Assembly (NCBI RefSeq): GCF_021028975.2
Contig: NC_059432.1
Location: 31,062,001-31,126,000 of the forward strand
Length of the DNA: 64,000 nucleotides
From: Sphaerodactylus townsendi
Taxonomy: Eukaryota
Direction: 5' to 3'
Part shown: in pieces, positions 25,282 to 37,220 of the stretch
How the letters are laid out: every line of letters begins with the position of its first letter
How positions within the stretch are numbered: position 1 is the stretch's first letter
Position numbers and translations under genes: made by a program
Notes under the pieces: generated by a model
Databases searched by the model: none
What the model saw: the letters and a program-made list of their open reading frames with translations, nothing else
Told to the model about the DNA's origin: nothing

Positions 25282-27284
25282 CGTATAATAGAGCATTAAG
25301 TTAAGGTGTTACAGAAAGTAGAGTCCAGATAGAGGACACTGAAGAAATCAAGAGAAAGCATAGACAAAGTGTGATTTCTTGGAAGAAGTCAAGAAAAAAT
25401 AAAAGTCTCAAGCTTCAAATTGTTTCAGTCAAGCAAGTACTTTATTTTAGTCAGACCCTGGGAGGAGATGGTCTCAATTTTTCTATACAATAAAACCTTT
25501 TTTTAAAAAAAAAAAACCTGTTACACCTTGCTTGTGAGTCTCCCACTCTGTTCTGGCCAAGTACAGGGTATCTAAGACTGTTTAACTTGGGGAACAGAAC
25601 AGAACCAAACTGGAAACAAATCCAGCAGAACCATAAACAAATGAATTGTGAAGCATAACAGAAACAGTGTCAGAAACCAGAAACACAATGCTAAAAAAAA
25701 TCAAAACAGGGGGCACTTTGACCACCCTAGATGAAGCTGCAAGCCAGTCCAATATGCAAGTGCCCAGCAAATCCCAGGCACATTTTGGCAGCACAAGCCT
25801 AACAGGCAGAACCTGTTCCAACCACACAATGCCAGGTAGCTGAAAGTGTGGGGGCATTTTGTCTGCCCAGACTAAGCCACAAACTAATTCAATGTGCAGG
25901 TGCCCAGAAAAGCCCAGGTACACTGGCAACAAATATACATTAATTTTCCCAAGTGAGTTGGGGAGCTTGTAAGCTGAAGAGATGAGCTCTCCCAGCATGT
26001 CCAGCATATGAAAGCCCAAAGGAGCACATTGCTGGGGGGAAAAAAGATGGGGGCAGAAATAGCTGTCCTGCTGTTTTTCTCTACCTGCCCACTAGGCAGC
26101 ACCCCCACTGAGCCATTGCCAAAATGACTTGGAAATGAAGCTCTTTGGGCAGGCTTTTCCCCTCTCAGAGGACAAGAAGCCTGAGAGAGGATTTGGAGGC
26201 CGCAAGGGTGAGAGAGTATCTTGTGGAACCCTGTGAGTTGCAGTTAACAAATCCATTGAACTACTTGGGCATGAAGGAGTCGGTATGATCAGACTTATCT
26301 CTTGTGGCCCAGAAGCTCCTCTCTGGTCCTCTGATGAATGTGCAGAGTGAGTGTCCCTCCCCACCCATCCAGGTGACATTGTCAACCCACAACACTCTTG
26401 CTTGCTCCCCGCCACACCCCCATTTTTTCTATTCTTAATCATTAGTCTACTTCCCCTACACCAGATCTCTCAGTAATAAGAACAACTAAGGGAACGCAAA
26501 AGAACTCATTGAGATATGTGACTTCCTACAATGTCCTTATTTAGAACAGCTTTACCTGTTTTCCATGCTTTTCTTAAAATCTCACCACATGGAGCTGGTC
26601 ACAAGAGGCATTTTATTGATGTTGCTGAAATGCCCAGTGGGATGTTTTTGTCTTTTTTTTTTAAATATATGCCATTAAAGGTATTGTATTTGTTTGTTGT
26701 CTTTTTTTAAAAAAAAATTAATCCCCAGATAGTACTATAGACAGTCTGTCAGCATTTTAGAGAAAATTCTACTTCCAAAGGTTTACAGATGGCTAGAAAC
26801 TTCACTTTAATTGAAAATGTATGTTGTGAACTTCTAGCAATTTTAAGCCAACCTGAAACAAAACCCACTACAAGCCAAACACCACATAAATCTATTAAGA
26901 GCAGTTATACCAAGGTCCCATTTCCCAAAGCAGAAAAGGCAAGGAAAAAGGGTTCAGGAATGTCTGATATATAAACACAGTTGGTCATATTTCTAACCTA
27001 AGATAACAGTGCATGGATTCACCAGAAGATGGAAATACCAATTCATATGAAGCTATTCAATGTTGTTATGTTGGGTTTTTTTAAAGCAGGTATAATTTGT
27101 GGAAGAAAGGAGAGTGAATATGGTGCCATTTTCTTCTCCATAACAATACTGTTTTTAAGTCAGACTACAATATCCATGTGGCGGTGTGTGAGGGGGAGAA
27201 CTAAAAAAAAAACATCGCCCTGCTTTCCTTTTAAAAGGATTTTGTGGGTCACAATGCCATTCGGATTCCACTGAATTAATACAG

Positions 27285-28030
27285 AAGTGGCTGGGACTTA
27301 CCGCGGCCACCATTGCTGTTGGGGAAGGGACAGCATGGGCATGCGCTGCTCCCCTCCCCAGGCCTCATGGCACCTTGTTCCAGCCCATGAGATCTGGCTG
27401 GCCCACGGAGCATGCGTGGGCTGGCTGCGAGCATTTTTTGATGACGTTGAGGGGGCGGGCCAGATAGGCCTTTATAAGGCCAGGCCCAGCCTCACCCAAC
27501 CAGTCTCTCCAGAGCCGGCCGTGTTCCCACCCTCCTCTCCCTTTATTTAAATGTTGCTGTTTTATGTCTTGTTACTTGTCGTAGCCTGTTGGCTGGTTGC
27601 AGATGGGGGACTGATCTATTGGTGTGGGTGTGCAAGTGAGATACCTGGTTAGTTGGAACCTCCCTAAGAGGTTTGGGGTGGAGCAAGCCAACGGGTTGGG
27701 TGTCCAGACGTGGGCTTCTATGGCTTGCATCCCTAGCAGCAAAGGGACTCTTCAGGCAATGGCCCATCTAGAATCTCCCATTGCTACTCCAGCATGTTGT
27801 GTTTTCCTCAGCAGGTGGGCTTGAGGAAAAGTTTGGTTGCTGGGGGACAGCACTTAGGCTGCCCAACACACAGATCAGACCCCCATGCTGCATCTTACGC
27901 TTCTGTTAACCTTGAACCAATAAATTAATAAAAGTCTGTGGCCGATCTTTTTCCCACACAAAAATGTCTGGTGTCTTGTTGATGGGTTTTGCTCGGTTGG
28001 AGGATGGTAAGTTACTTCCCTCGGGTGGCA
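27285..28030 (+). mobile_element. Solo LTR-like terminal repeat (possibly Ngaro/DIRS-order)
   Basis: CpG-rich block with TGACGT (27442), GC box (27451), TATA (27471) and AATAAA (27919, 27927) followed by gtctgtggcc; family assignment tentative. Confidence 0.4.
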
Positions 28031-29394
28031 AAAAGTGTAAATCTTAATACCTCTAAATGACCCTCAACAGGCCTTGAGACCATTTCCTGGAATATTGTTG
28101 GATGGGGGAACAAGGCATTGAACTCTACATATCTACTACATATCTACTACATATCTATAAGAAGTTAAGGTCTCTAATGGATCAAGTGGATATCTTAGGG
28201 ATGGTCTTGGACTTGGACATAATAGTGAATAAATAGGTGTGCTAAGAATGCCTTCTTTCAGTTACATTGTGTTCATAAATTGGTCTTATTTGTATTATGC
28301 TGATCTAGCTTCTCTGATCCTGGCTGCTATTACTTCAAGATTGGACTACTATAGCACACTGAGCAAGGGCTGCTTCTGAAGACATTTCAGAAGCTTAAGT
28401 TGATACAGTTGATACAGAAGCAAGCCTTCTATTGGGAATTGGCCAATTAGAATACAGTCCTTTGTAGTAATGCTCAAACATCTGTTCGATAGTATTGGCC
28501 AGGTAGCCAATTAATAAGTGGACTGTTTGGCTGTTTACAACCTGTTGGTTTGTCTGTGTGGAATGAACTACATATAGTCATCAGAAGCGAAATCCCAGAT
28601 GATGAGGGGTGAGCTGGGAGTCAGCTTATCATCTGTTCAGTATCCAGCAAAGTTGCATGAGACATTTAACGTGTGTCGTATCTGAAGTTGACCACCAGGA
28701 AGAATGATGTCATAGCTTGTGGCTATTACTTTTTAAAATTATTCTTTGTCAAATTGTACTCCTTCCTGTGTCCCCATCCCTATTTCATGTTCTTTGCTGC
28801 TAACGGAGGCCAAAATAGTTCGGTTTTTGAGATCAGACAAGTTATAGTGGGAGAGAGTATGGTGTGGGCATAATGTTTTCAGTGACAGGCCCGTGATTTC
28901 TTTAATTCCTCTTCTCCAACCTTGCTTGTTACTTTGGGAGCAAGTACCTTCACAGAACTAGAAAGGAAAATGAGAATTACACACACTGCACTGTTTGATG
29001 TCTGTCTTATAGGCAGTGTTTTATCCACCCTTTCCACATAATGAGTTTAGATCTTTGAGTGGCATGCAGGAACACTCCTGTCACACAAAGCTATAATGTC
29101 AGAAATGGCCTGAAGTTTGAAAACACTTGGTGCCTGTTTTGAGTGATGGTTAATCAAAGAGAGCAACTTCAATGATTGTATTGCTAGATCCACTTGCATT
29201 GGGCAAACGTATTTAGAACTCCAGTTGAAAATAAACAGCTGAATCAGGTATTCTTCAGAATCAGATCTTGCAGAAGAGCAAACCAGATTTCTGCAACATT
29301 CAAACTCACTTTATATGCAGCAGGGGTGCATGTTTTCATATTATCACATTTTGTTTATAAATGCTGATTTCACTATCTGTGGTAGTTTCATGGA

Positions 29395-29633
29395 AGACAC
29401 CCTAAGGGCTAACAAGTCCAAACCCCTGCCATGCAGGAATACATAACCAAAGCACTCCCAACCATCCAGCCCCTGTTTTAAAACTTCCAAAGGACACACC
29501 ACACTTAGAGTCTGAGGCAGTGTATTCCATTTTCAAACAGCCATTACCATCAGGAAGTTCTTCCTAATGTTTAGGTGAACTCTCCTTTTTTGAATCCATT
29601 ACTCCTTGTCCTAGTCTCTGGAGCAGCAGAAAA
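29395..29633 (-). mobile_element. CR1 LINE 3' fragment
   Basis: Reverse complement reads FSAAPETRTRSNGF...LNIRKNFL and includes the CR1 3' UTR. Confidence 0.75.
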
Positions 29634-29809
29634 GTATAGTTCTCATCAGGCTGTTTTTAATGTGAACAGGCCTTTTGTGGCCTGAAAAAGTTCTGAAAAA
29701 GGAAAGGAACTAAGGTAAGTGTGGGAAGGGGGGAAGCAGGGAAGGGAGGGCGCAACGGGGGGCTATGGGGCAGAAAATTAGAATGCGCACTGGGTGCAGT
29801 TTGGCCCAG

Positions 29810-30967
29810 CTACGCCTCTGGTATCACTCTATTCTCCATTGATCAGACTTCACCTGGAATACTGTGTCAAGTTCTGGGGATTGCAGTTCAGTAAGGATCT
29901 TGACAAGTTGGACAGGCAACTCCTATATGGAATTTTCATATGGATTGAGGCCTGGAACAGAGACGGTGAAAGAGTACAATTGTGCTTTCTTTATAAAATC
30001 GTGGGTCTCCCTCTCTCAGTTCCTCGTTTGGCACTTTGCCTGGAATCGGGCCAGCATTTGTTGTTAACTAAGGCTTGGTCTCTGGTGTTCAAATTTTGGG
30101 TTCGGACTTGTTTTAATCAAGATGCCAAGAGCTTTTTCTACCTGGCACTAGCTGACATTCATGCCACCAAATGGTGGAATTGTATTGAAAAAAAGCTAAA
30201 TTTCTTGGGGATGTCTCTTTGATGAACTGGCCATGTTATCAAAACAAGACATTTATCTTGTCATCAAAAAAAGACTTTACCAAGAAGAATTCCTCTTCTT
30301 GTTGAAGGAAGCTGACACGTTTTGTTCTCCTCTCTATTTGGGAATTTCCCTCACCAACTTGACTGTTGCTAGCTATCTTCATGTTTTAATAGAGGCCAGA
30401 TGGTGCAGAGCCTTGACCTTGTAATGTGTTACCCTCTGCTCTTAGACAGGAGAGGGGCTTGGGAATTCCCCAACATGTTTCTGTGGGACTGGGTGTGAAG
30501 AGTCTGTTCTTCATGTTCTATTGTATTGCCCCCTTTACAACAGGCCTAGGTGCAAATATTTAGAACCCTTACTGATGGGACTTGAAGAGCATGCTGATAA
30601 CCAAATAATTATATTCTTTTTGAATGGTGATTGTAAGGAGATTCTGGAGCTGATAGCAAAATTTTTATGTTTTATCACCAACAAATGTGCATAAAGGGGT
30701 TTATTGTATCCTGCTATTGTGTTATTATGCCAATAAAGGTTAATTGAATTGGAAAAAAAATTGAATTGAATTGACAAGCTGAACCAGGTCCAGAGGAGGG
30801 TGACAAAAATGGTAAAAGGTCTGGATTTCATGCCCTATGAGGAGAGGCTAAGGAAGCTATGTATGTTTAGTCTGGAGAAGAGTAAGTTAAGGGATGACAT
30901 GATACCTGTGTTTAATTATTTGAAGAGATGTGATGTTGAAGATGAAATAAGCTTGTTCCCAGGAGAC
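29810..30967 (+). mobile_element. CR1 ORF2 fragment split by an RTE-X insertion; resumes at 34381-34402 after the LTR element
   Basis: SLYSPLIRLHLEYCVKFW...KDLDKL, then VQRRVTKMVKGLDFMPYEERLRKLCMFSLEK...; continuation tagaatcagaaagtggattc at 34381. Confidence 0.8.
29912..30770 (+). mobile_element. RTE-X-like LINE 3' fragment
   Basis: atgccaataaagg followed by an (AATTG)n tail; C-terminal zinc-knuckle-like remnant; duplicated flank ttgacaag(t/c)tg(g/a)ac; similar to 51035-52502. Confidence 0.65.
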
Positions 30968-31050
30968 GAAAATACTAATGACTGGAAATACTAATGACTG
31001 GAAAATACTAATGACTGGAAAATACTAACAGACGAAAATACTAATGACTG
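30968..31050. repeat. 17-bp tandem repeat gaaaatactaatgactg, about 4.5 copies, at the LTR insertion junction
   Basis: Copies at 30968, 30985, 31001, 31018 (partial) and 31034. Confidence 0.9.
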
Positions 31051-32879
31051 GAAAGGTTTTAAAAGGTGAACAAAACTGAAAACTTTTATTTGCGGTTTAA
31101 CAGAGGCTTCTCTGGTAACTTTGAGAGGTTTAACGCTTGTTGGTTTCAGAATAAGTTTGTCTTAAGATGTTACTTCAGATTCATATGCACACCGACACAC
31201 GAGGGTGTCTCTTAAGGGAAGATTTAGCTTTGAACTAATAAATTCCCTTACGCACACAGACACTATTCCTCACTGCTCCAATACCCACTGATCACACCCA
31301 AACACACAGTCCAAGCCCAGGAGATTCACTGGCACACTTGGCCTCCCTCTCTCCCACTAGTCCTAATGTGAAGCTTCACTGCCTCTGGACTGAGAGCTTC
31401 TCCCAGACTGGTGATTCTGGTGATACACACCAGGGGCAAGAGCCAGACTAGATAAGGTCTGGGCAGTTTTAAGAACCGCCAAGCTCCTGAAGGAGCCGCG
31501 TCCAACCTGCACCCAGTCAGGGCCCTCCCTCTCTCTGTCAAAGAAGCATACACGCTTAGACAGGGACTGTGGACTTTCTGTCCCAGCCAACTCTGCTGAG
31601 ACAGAATCCTCTTCTTCCAGAGCTGACAGACTCCTCTCTGCCAGACTCTGCTCTGCTCCTCTCCTGAGCCGACTCCTATCCAGCACTCCACAACTCTCCT
31701 CTCCAGTGCTCCTAAGCCCACTGGCCCCCTAGCTCTTGCCAAACGTTACTGGACCTTTTTCAGCCAATCCAGGTGGTTCTCTCTCTTGTGGAGCCTTTTT
31801 TTCTTTTCTGGCTGTTGCTAAGGCCTTCTCCCTTTGGCCTGCCTGTACACCAGCCCTTCAGGGTGGGGCAAGTTCGTTACATATGTCCCCCTTTCCCTAA
31901 AACATTGCTTGGGACCTTCTGAGGGCTACAAGCCTCGTTGCAGCAATGTGTGTAAATAAAACTCGCACACGTTAACCGAAAACTAAACAGTTGTCAAAAA
32001 AATTTCACATTTTTCAAATGCATTTTAGTTTTTACCTTAAAAGTTCACTTACCATAAACATTCTTACCATGTTAAACTTACCATGAATTCCTAATAAGTA
32101 TCAACAACATTGCAGTAATCCACATTACATTTTCAACAAGCATTTTTAAACTCAGTACTTTATTTACATACATTCTCTGTTACCTTTTCCTTCCAGATGT
32201 CTTTACTGGTGGGTGCTCTAAGCACAGGGTAAATTTTCCCTTTATCCACTCCAGTAAAGGCTTCCTCATAGTGGATTTATCCAAATCCCTGGCTGGACAT
32301 TCATGCTCACTCATGGCAAAGGTTAAGATTGCCCTTTGAAGGTCGCGGTGGTGAACTGGATGGGAGTGTCACCACATTAGGCAAGGCGTAAAATTTCCTT
32401 CTAAACTTACCCCTTTCTGTCAAATCAAAAGCTTGAGGTTTTACACCTCTGGCTTTCTTTACCACTTTGCCTCTTTTTTGTGGTAAAGGCTTTGTCATTT
32501 TATCATGAAAGCCACGTTCTTACAGTGCCCTCCACCAGAACACACAGCTTATCAAATGTGAAATGCATATCAGACCCTTTCATTTTTATACCAGATTAGA
32601 AGCCTCCCGGTCCTCTCAAATTTCCTCACCTTGGTGCTGGTATTTCAAAACTTCAGCTCGGTCTTCTGCTGGGCAGGCTATTTGCGGCTGCAATGTTGGG
32701 CTTTCACAACAGTCCTCATCGTTGGCTGCTGAAGCTCTGTTGAAGGTCTCGCGGCTGCTGCTGCTTTCAGTTCATTTTGATGTTTCTGCCAGACGCTGCA
32801 CTGTTCGCACAAGTCCTGCACAACAATGTCGAGGTTCTTGTTGGATGCTGGATCCGTCTCAGGAATTTCTGGAACCTCC

Positions 32880-33365
32880 TGCCATCGCTTAAGTTGGTTA
32901 AGGCGAACATTGGCAGTCGTCTTCACCTCCTTTTCCCTCACAGGAATCATCTCAGCATGATGCTTCCCGGTACGCAGCTCCACTTTTGAGGAACGTTGTT
33001 CAGCTGCACCGCTAGCGGAACACGTTGGGAGGGCGTTGGCAAGCGCCTCCTTTTTCCCTCACAGGAACCGTCTTTCGCGATCTCCTGGGTACTGCCTCCG
33101 CTTAGGAAGCGTCGTTCAGCTGCACGCTGGAGCGCGTTGGGGCGTTAGCAGCCGCCTCCTTTCCCTCCCCAGGAACCATCTTCGCGCCAATCTCCTGGTG
33201 CTGCTCCGCTGAAACGTGCGTTCAGCTGCACGCTGGAAGCGCGTTGGGAGGCGTTAATAGCCTCCTTTTCCCTCACAGGAACCATCGCCAGTAATCTCCT
33301 GGGTACTGCTCGCTTGAGAGCGATGGATTCAGCTGCAGCTGAGCGTTAAGGAGGCGTTGGCAACC
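32880..33365. repeat. About 110-bp tandem repeat, four copies, within the LTR element internal region
   Basis: tccttttccctcacaggaa recurs at about 32928, 33048, 33157 and 33263, and ttcagctgcac recurs with it. Confidence 0.8.
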
Positions 33366-34518
33366 GACTTCGCCTCCACCTCCGGAACTGCACTGGCACT
33401 GAACTGGAACCACCTTGATAGCTTTGGGGTCGAAGCAAGCTCAGCTGTCTCCTTCCGTTCTTTCCAGGAACTCATCCTGCCTCTGTGTGCTTCTTCTGGC
33501 ACCAGTCAGCATGAACACTGTCCATCTGCAACTCTGGGTCTGCTGCAGACTCAGCCACTGGTTCCTAAAGTCAGGCGTTAAGGAGTTTTCCATAGCCTCC
33601 TGGACTTCTAAAATGTTTGGCAAAGGCACACCTTGCAGGGTTGGCGTTGTCACTTCCAACTGCATCTTCTGGGTGCCATTCTGAGGGTTTCCCATCGGCA
33701 TTTGGGAAGAAAGATTTCCCTCCAGTTCATCTGGTACTCTGGCAACCACTGGAAACTGTTTCCATTTTCTCATCTGCTGAGGGGAAATTCCCACAACAGT
33801 GTGGGGGGGGATGGGCAGCTCTGCTCTGAGCTTCATTTCCCTCACTCTCAAATCAAAACATGTCCTTCTCATGGCTCATGTTTTGCCTCCCACGATTTCC
33901 CGCCATTTTAAACTCTCTTTCTTTTCTGGCCCTTTCAGCCCGTAGCTTAACTATTTCAATTTCTGCACCTTCCGGCATTTCCATTTTCAGCCATCACTCC
34001 TGTAGCCTCTAATTTTGCTTTTTCAACTCAAGAAGCCATCTTAGCTTCTCTCAATCTCTCGTGCAGCATCTATACTTTGGCCAGCTTCCAAGTTTCATGC
34101 CTCTCCCTAACTCCTGAAAAGGGACTCTTGCTTTAGGGTAAGGTGTTCAATATCCCGCACCACCTGTCTCTGGAGGCTTTTCCCTCACCAAGCTGTCTTT
34201 TGTGTCTTAGGTGGTGCCATTTGTGAGGAGAAAATTTCACAGTTTTACCTCACAAATCAGAAAAACAAAATAAAACAAAATGAAATGGGCTTTCCTCAGC
34301 GTGTTGTTACTGGATCTAGATATTACTCGGATCCCGCCGCTTGCCGCCAATGTAACGTAAGCCACCCTTGGAACTTTGACTAGAATCAGAAAGTGGATTC
34401 ATAATAAATATTATAGTAGCTTGGGAAAATTTTTCACTTGCAAGACAGCATCCAGTGAATAACTATGTCATTGCTGATTTACAAGATTCATGGGTGTAAC
34501 CTAAAGATGGACCATATT

Positions 34519-34628
34519 GTCGAAGTCTTTCATAGCTGGAATCACTGGGGTGCTGTGTGGTTTCCGGGCTGTATGGCCGTGTTGCTGCTAGAACATGGCC
34601 ATATAACCCAGAAACCACACAGCACCCC
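34519..34628. mobile_element. Very short palindromic Penelope insertion (no ribozyme core)
   Basis: Inverted arms of about 40 bp; 12-bp TSD atggaccatatt at 34507-34518 and 34629-34640. Confidence 0.8.
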
Positions 34629-35705
34629 ATGGACCATATTTTTTCTGAGCATCTGGAAAAAAATATTCCTCCTTAGTTGTACTTTTAAATTTTAGTTACC
34701 AGAATTGACTGACTTGTGTGCTTAAAAGAGGAATATTTAGTTGTTTATGTGCACACAAAGACACACAAAAAAAACAGCTTCTATTTTATCAATCACATAT
34801 ATATTCACTGTGGTTTTTCCATCTTCCATTGTAATGAGCCTAATCTTAATAAACTTTATTACAGTCTTATAAAACTACAGCAATAAAGGGCCAATTCATG
34901 CAGTTTGCTAAAATCTGCACTAGCACATCCATTTTCAGAATCATAAAGCACAACTTTTCCATCTGCTTTTCCATAAGAACTGAAACCTACCACACACATA
35001 GCATGCAGATACAGTTATTTCAAAGAATTGAAGTTGGAATGGAAACCAATTTTTACCTGTGGTGTGTACATTTGCAAAGCTTGCCCCACAGAGGACCTCA
35101 TTTAATGATATATTGTCTTCGTGCCCCTCATTGCCCCATGAGTGACCTGGGTAGGTGACCTGTATTGGAAGTTCTGTGCTCTGAAGTGAATTCCCAGGTG
35201 AATGGGAGACTAAGTCAGTCTGGGACTACAGCACATCAGCAGAAGGGGGCTCCCTCCTGCCCCATTTTTCCAACCCAAAATAGTTATTTTCTCCACTGGA
35301 GAAGTGTGTACTACATATGTAGCTTATCAGTAAACCTGACTTTCTTTGATGGGGCAAATAGTAGCTCCTTAGGGTAAGAGGAAGGGACAAGTCTTAAGTG
35401 TTCCTCCCCATTAAGTGCACAATTAAGTTCTGATCACAGAACTCTTAGTGGACATCTCGTTGTCAGGACATATGGGGGACAAGAGAAAAATGTATCCTAG
35501 TTAGGCCCCAGTACAAAACAAAGACAGGCATGTGTATGCCCCCATTTCTAGTGTTGTTCCTGTTAAGCCACTTTTTGAGCTATTAAAACCTGCTTTCTGC
35601 CTCCAGCCTAATTCTGCTTGGACTGAATATGTATGTTTACTGGATTTTTTAAAAGCCTAAAACAAATATCAAATAACCTCTGCCATGTTCCAGCTACATT
35701 CCTCA

Positions 35706-35849
35706 GACCCCTTCCACATAATCAGAATGATGCACTTTCAATCCACTTTCATAATTGTTTCCAAATCGATTTTGCTATTCCACACAGTAAAATCCATCTG
35801 TATTGAAAGTGGATTGAAAGTGCATTATTCTGCCTGTGCGCAAGGGGCC
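35706..35849. mobile_element. Palindromic PIF/Harbinger-like MITE
   Basis: TIRs gaccccttccaca and tgcgcaaggggcc, 3-bp TSD TCA; further copies at 50797 and 59156. Confidence 0.7.
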
Positions 35850-36559
35850 TCAGATATCCTTCTCCTTGCTGTATCCTTCTCCTTACTGTATTTTATTGTA
35901 TGATAACAGTTGGTCACATTTTGTTCTGTAGAAGATCGATTTCTGGATCTTTTTTCTGTGGTACATCCATTCTCTGGAATGGCTAACCAGAACGGGAACA
36001 GAATGTACCTTCACTTGTTGCATTTAGGAAGACATGTGAGGTGGTTTTATTTCAGAGGGCATTTGGTGAAGGATAAACTGTTAGGGCAGGTCCAAATAAA
36101 TTAAGGGGTTCCGGATGTTGCATGACTACTGCTCTGATGTAGATACCATTCAACATGGTGTATCAAACCCATTCCAGTGGCACTTACACCAGCACAAGGG
36201 AGCTGTTTTGGTGCTGGGTGGCAATACTGCTGTCTCATCAACACCCCTCTCACGCAGGAGAGTGTACCTGTGCCCACAGGGAGTTCCCAGGGGTAGAGCA
36301 AACTTTAGTCAGCTTCCTATGTTATTTCTCTTTTTGTTCGTTTGATCTTTGCATGTCTTTAATTCTTAATAAAAGGTTCAAGCCTTAAAAAAAAGGCAGA
36401 AAATAAATTCCTTTACTTTCAGTTGAGGAATGCTGCAAAGGAAAGGGTTAGCTTTTAAAAAAAATACTCCACATCTTTTATTCCTTTTTATTTGTTTACC
36501 TAACAGGCTTAGCATAAGGCAGACTTTACTAGCTGCTTTGCTTGTGCTGAGAGGCTTTA

Positions 36560-37220
36560 AAGAGATTATTCCTTTCTTGTCAGATGATATATTGTAAAGG
36601 AACGTAAGTCTTTTACAACTGATGAGCTAGCAAAAGCACAGACCAAATGCCCCCTGGCAAAGGCTGATTGGACACACATATGTACCAAGAGCTCGCTCTG
36701 ATTATCAGCGGGATATCAATTTGTCTTTAGGACTGGAGCACCTGCTACTAATTGCCGGCTAGAGCTCAATGGTCACTATGGAGTTTAGCCCACTCAGCGC
36801 TCTCTGTCTCTCTTTTTCTCCAGTAGCTGCTGGGAACAGGACAGCTAATTGGTATTGCTTTACTGCCAGTGAATCAGTATGTTGAGCTAATAGCTGCAGA
36901 TAGAGGGCACACACATTCCTGCTTGGAGGATATGGCTGGTTGTGAGCGGCTGGTGTGCATAGCAGAACATGGAGAATATGGGAATTTTTTTTAACTTTCT
37001 GGCTTTCTGATCTAATATGAAAGGGTTTTTAAATGTTTCTTCTTATTTGGGCTCTGATGGTGTTGAATGCTCCTTGTGCAAAGAGATTTCTATGCAACTG
37101 CTGTTCGCCTTATTTACCTTGAAAATGCAACCTGGCTCCTCTTGATGTGTGAGATGCACCCAGTAAACAAGCTTAGCAGAGAAAACTTGGTGTGTAACCC
37201 TACGCTGGCTAAACTATGCA
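36560..37220 (+). promoter_or_regulatory. Candidate alternative promoter or 5' exons of an unidentified plus-strand gene
   Basis: No recognisable repeats; inverted CCAAT (ctgattgg at 36664); donors AAC|GTAAGT (36603) and GCA|GTAAGT (37220); strong acceptor ctctctttttctccag (36823). Confidence 0.3.

Larger units (their letters stand above)
30968..34380 (-). mobile_element. Non-autonomous Gypsy-like LTR retroelement with a single, circularly permuted LTR
   Basis: Minus strand: 30-bp LTR end ...CGTTACA (34380-34351); PBS TGGCGGCAAGCGGCGGGAT (tRNA-Leu-like); internal region of about 2.5 kb with a degenerate gag-like ORF; PPT AGGGAAAGGGGG; LTR start TGTAACG (31881); AATAAA (31090-31085). Confidence 0.8.

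Noticed and set aside
18560-25338. Motif look-alikes in the candidate exons (P-type ATPase PFNS, Artemis-like YLDSTFC, deacetylase-like GHEFGSH)
   Set aside because: Short matches in different frames, some next to stops; no extended similarity, so no gene symbol assigned.
25519-26394. Possible solo LTR (TGTTACA...ACA)
   Set aside because: No matching TSD or confident boundaries.
30968-31050. CRISPR-like short direct repeats
   Set aside because: No unique spacers, no cas genes, eukaryotic context; a simple tandem duplication.
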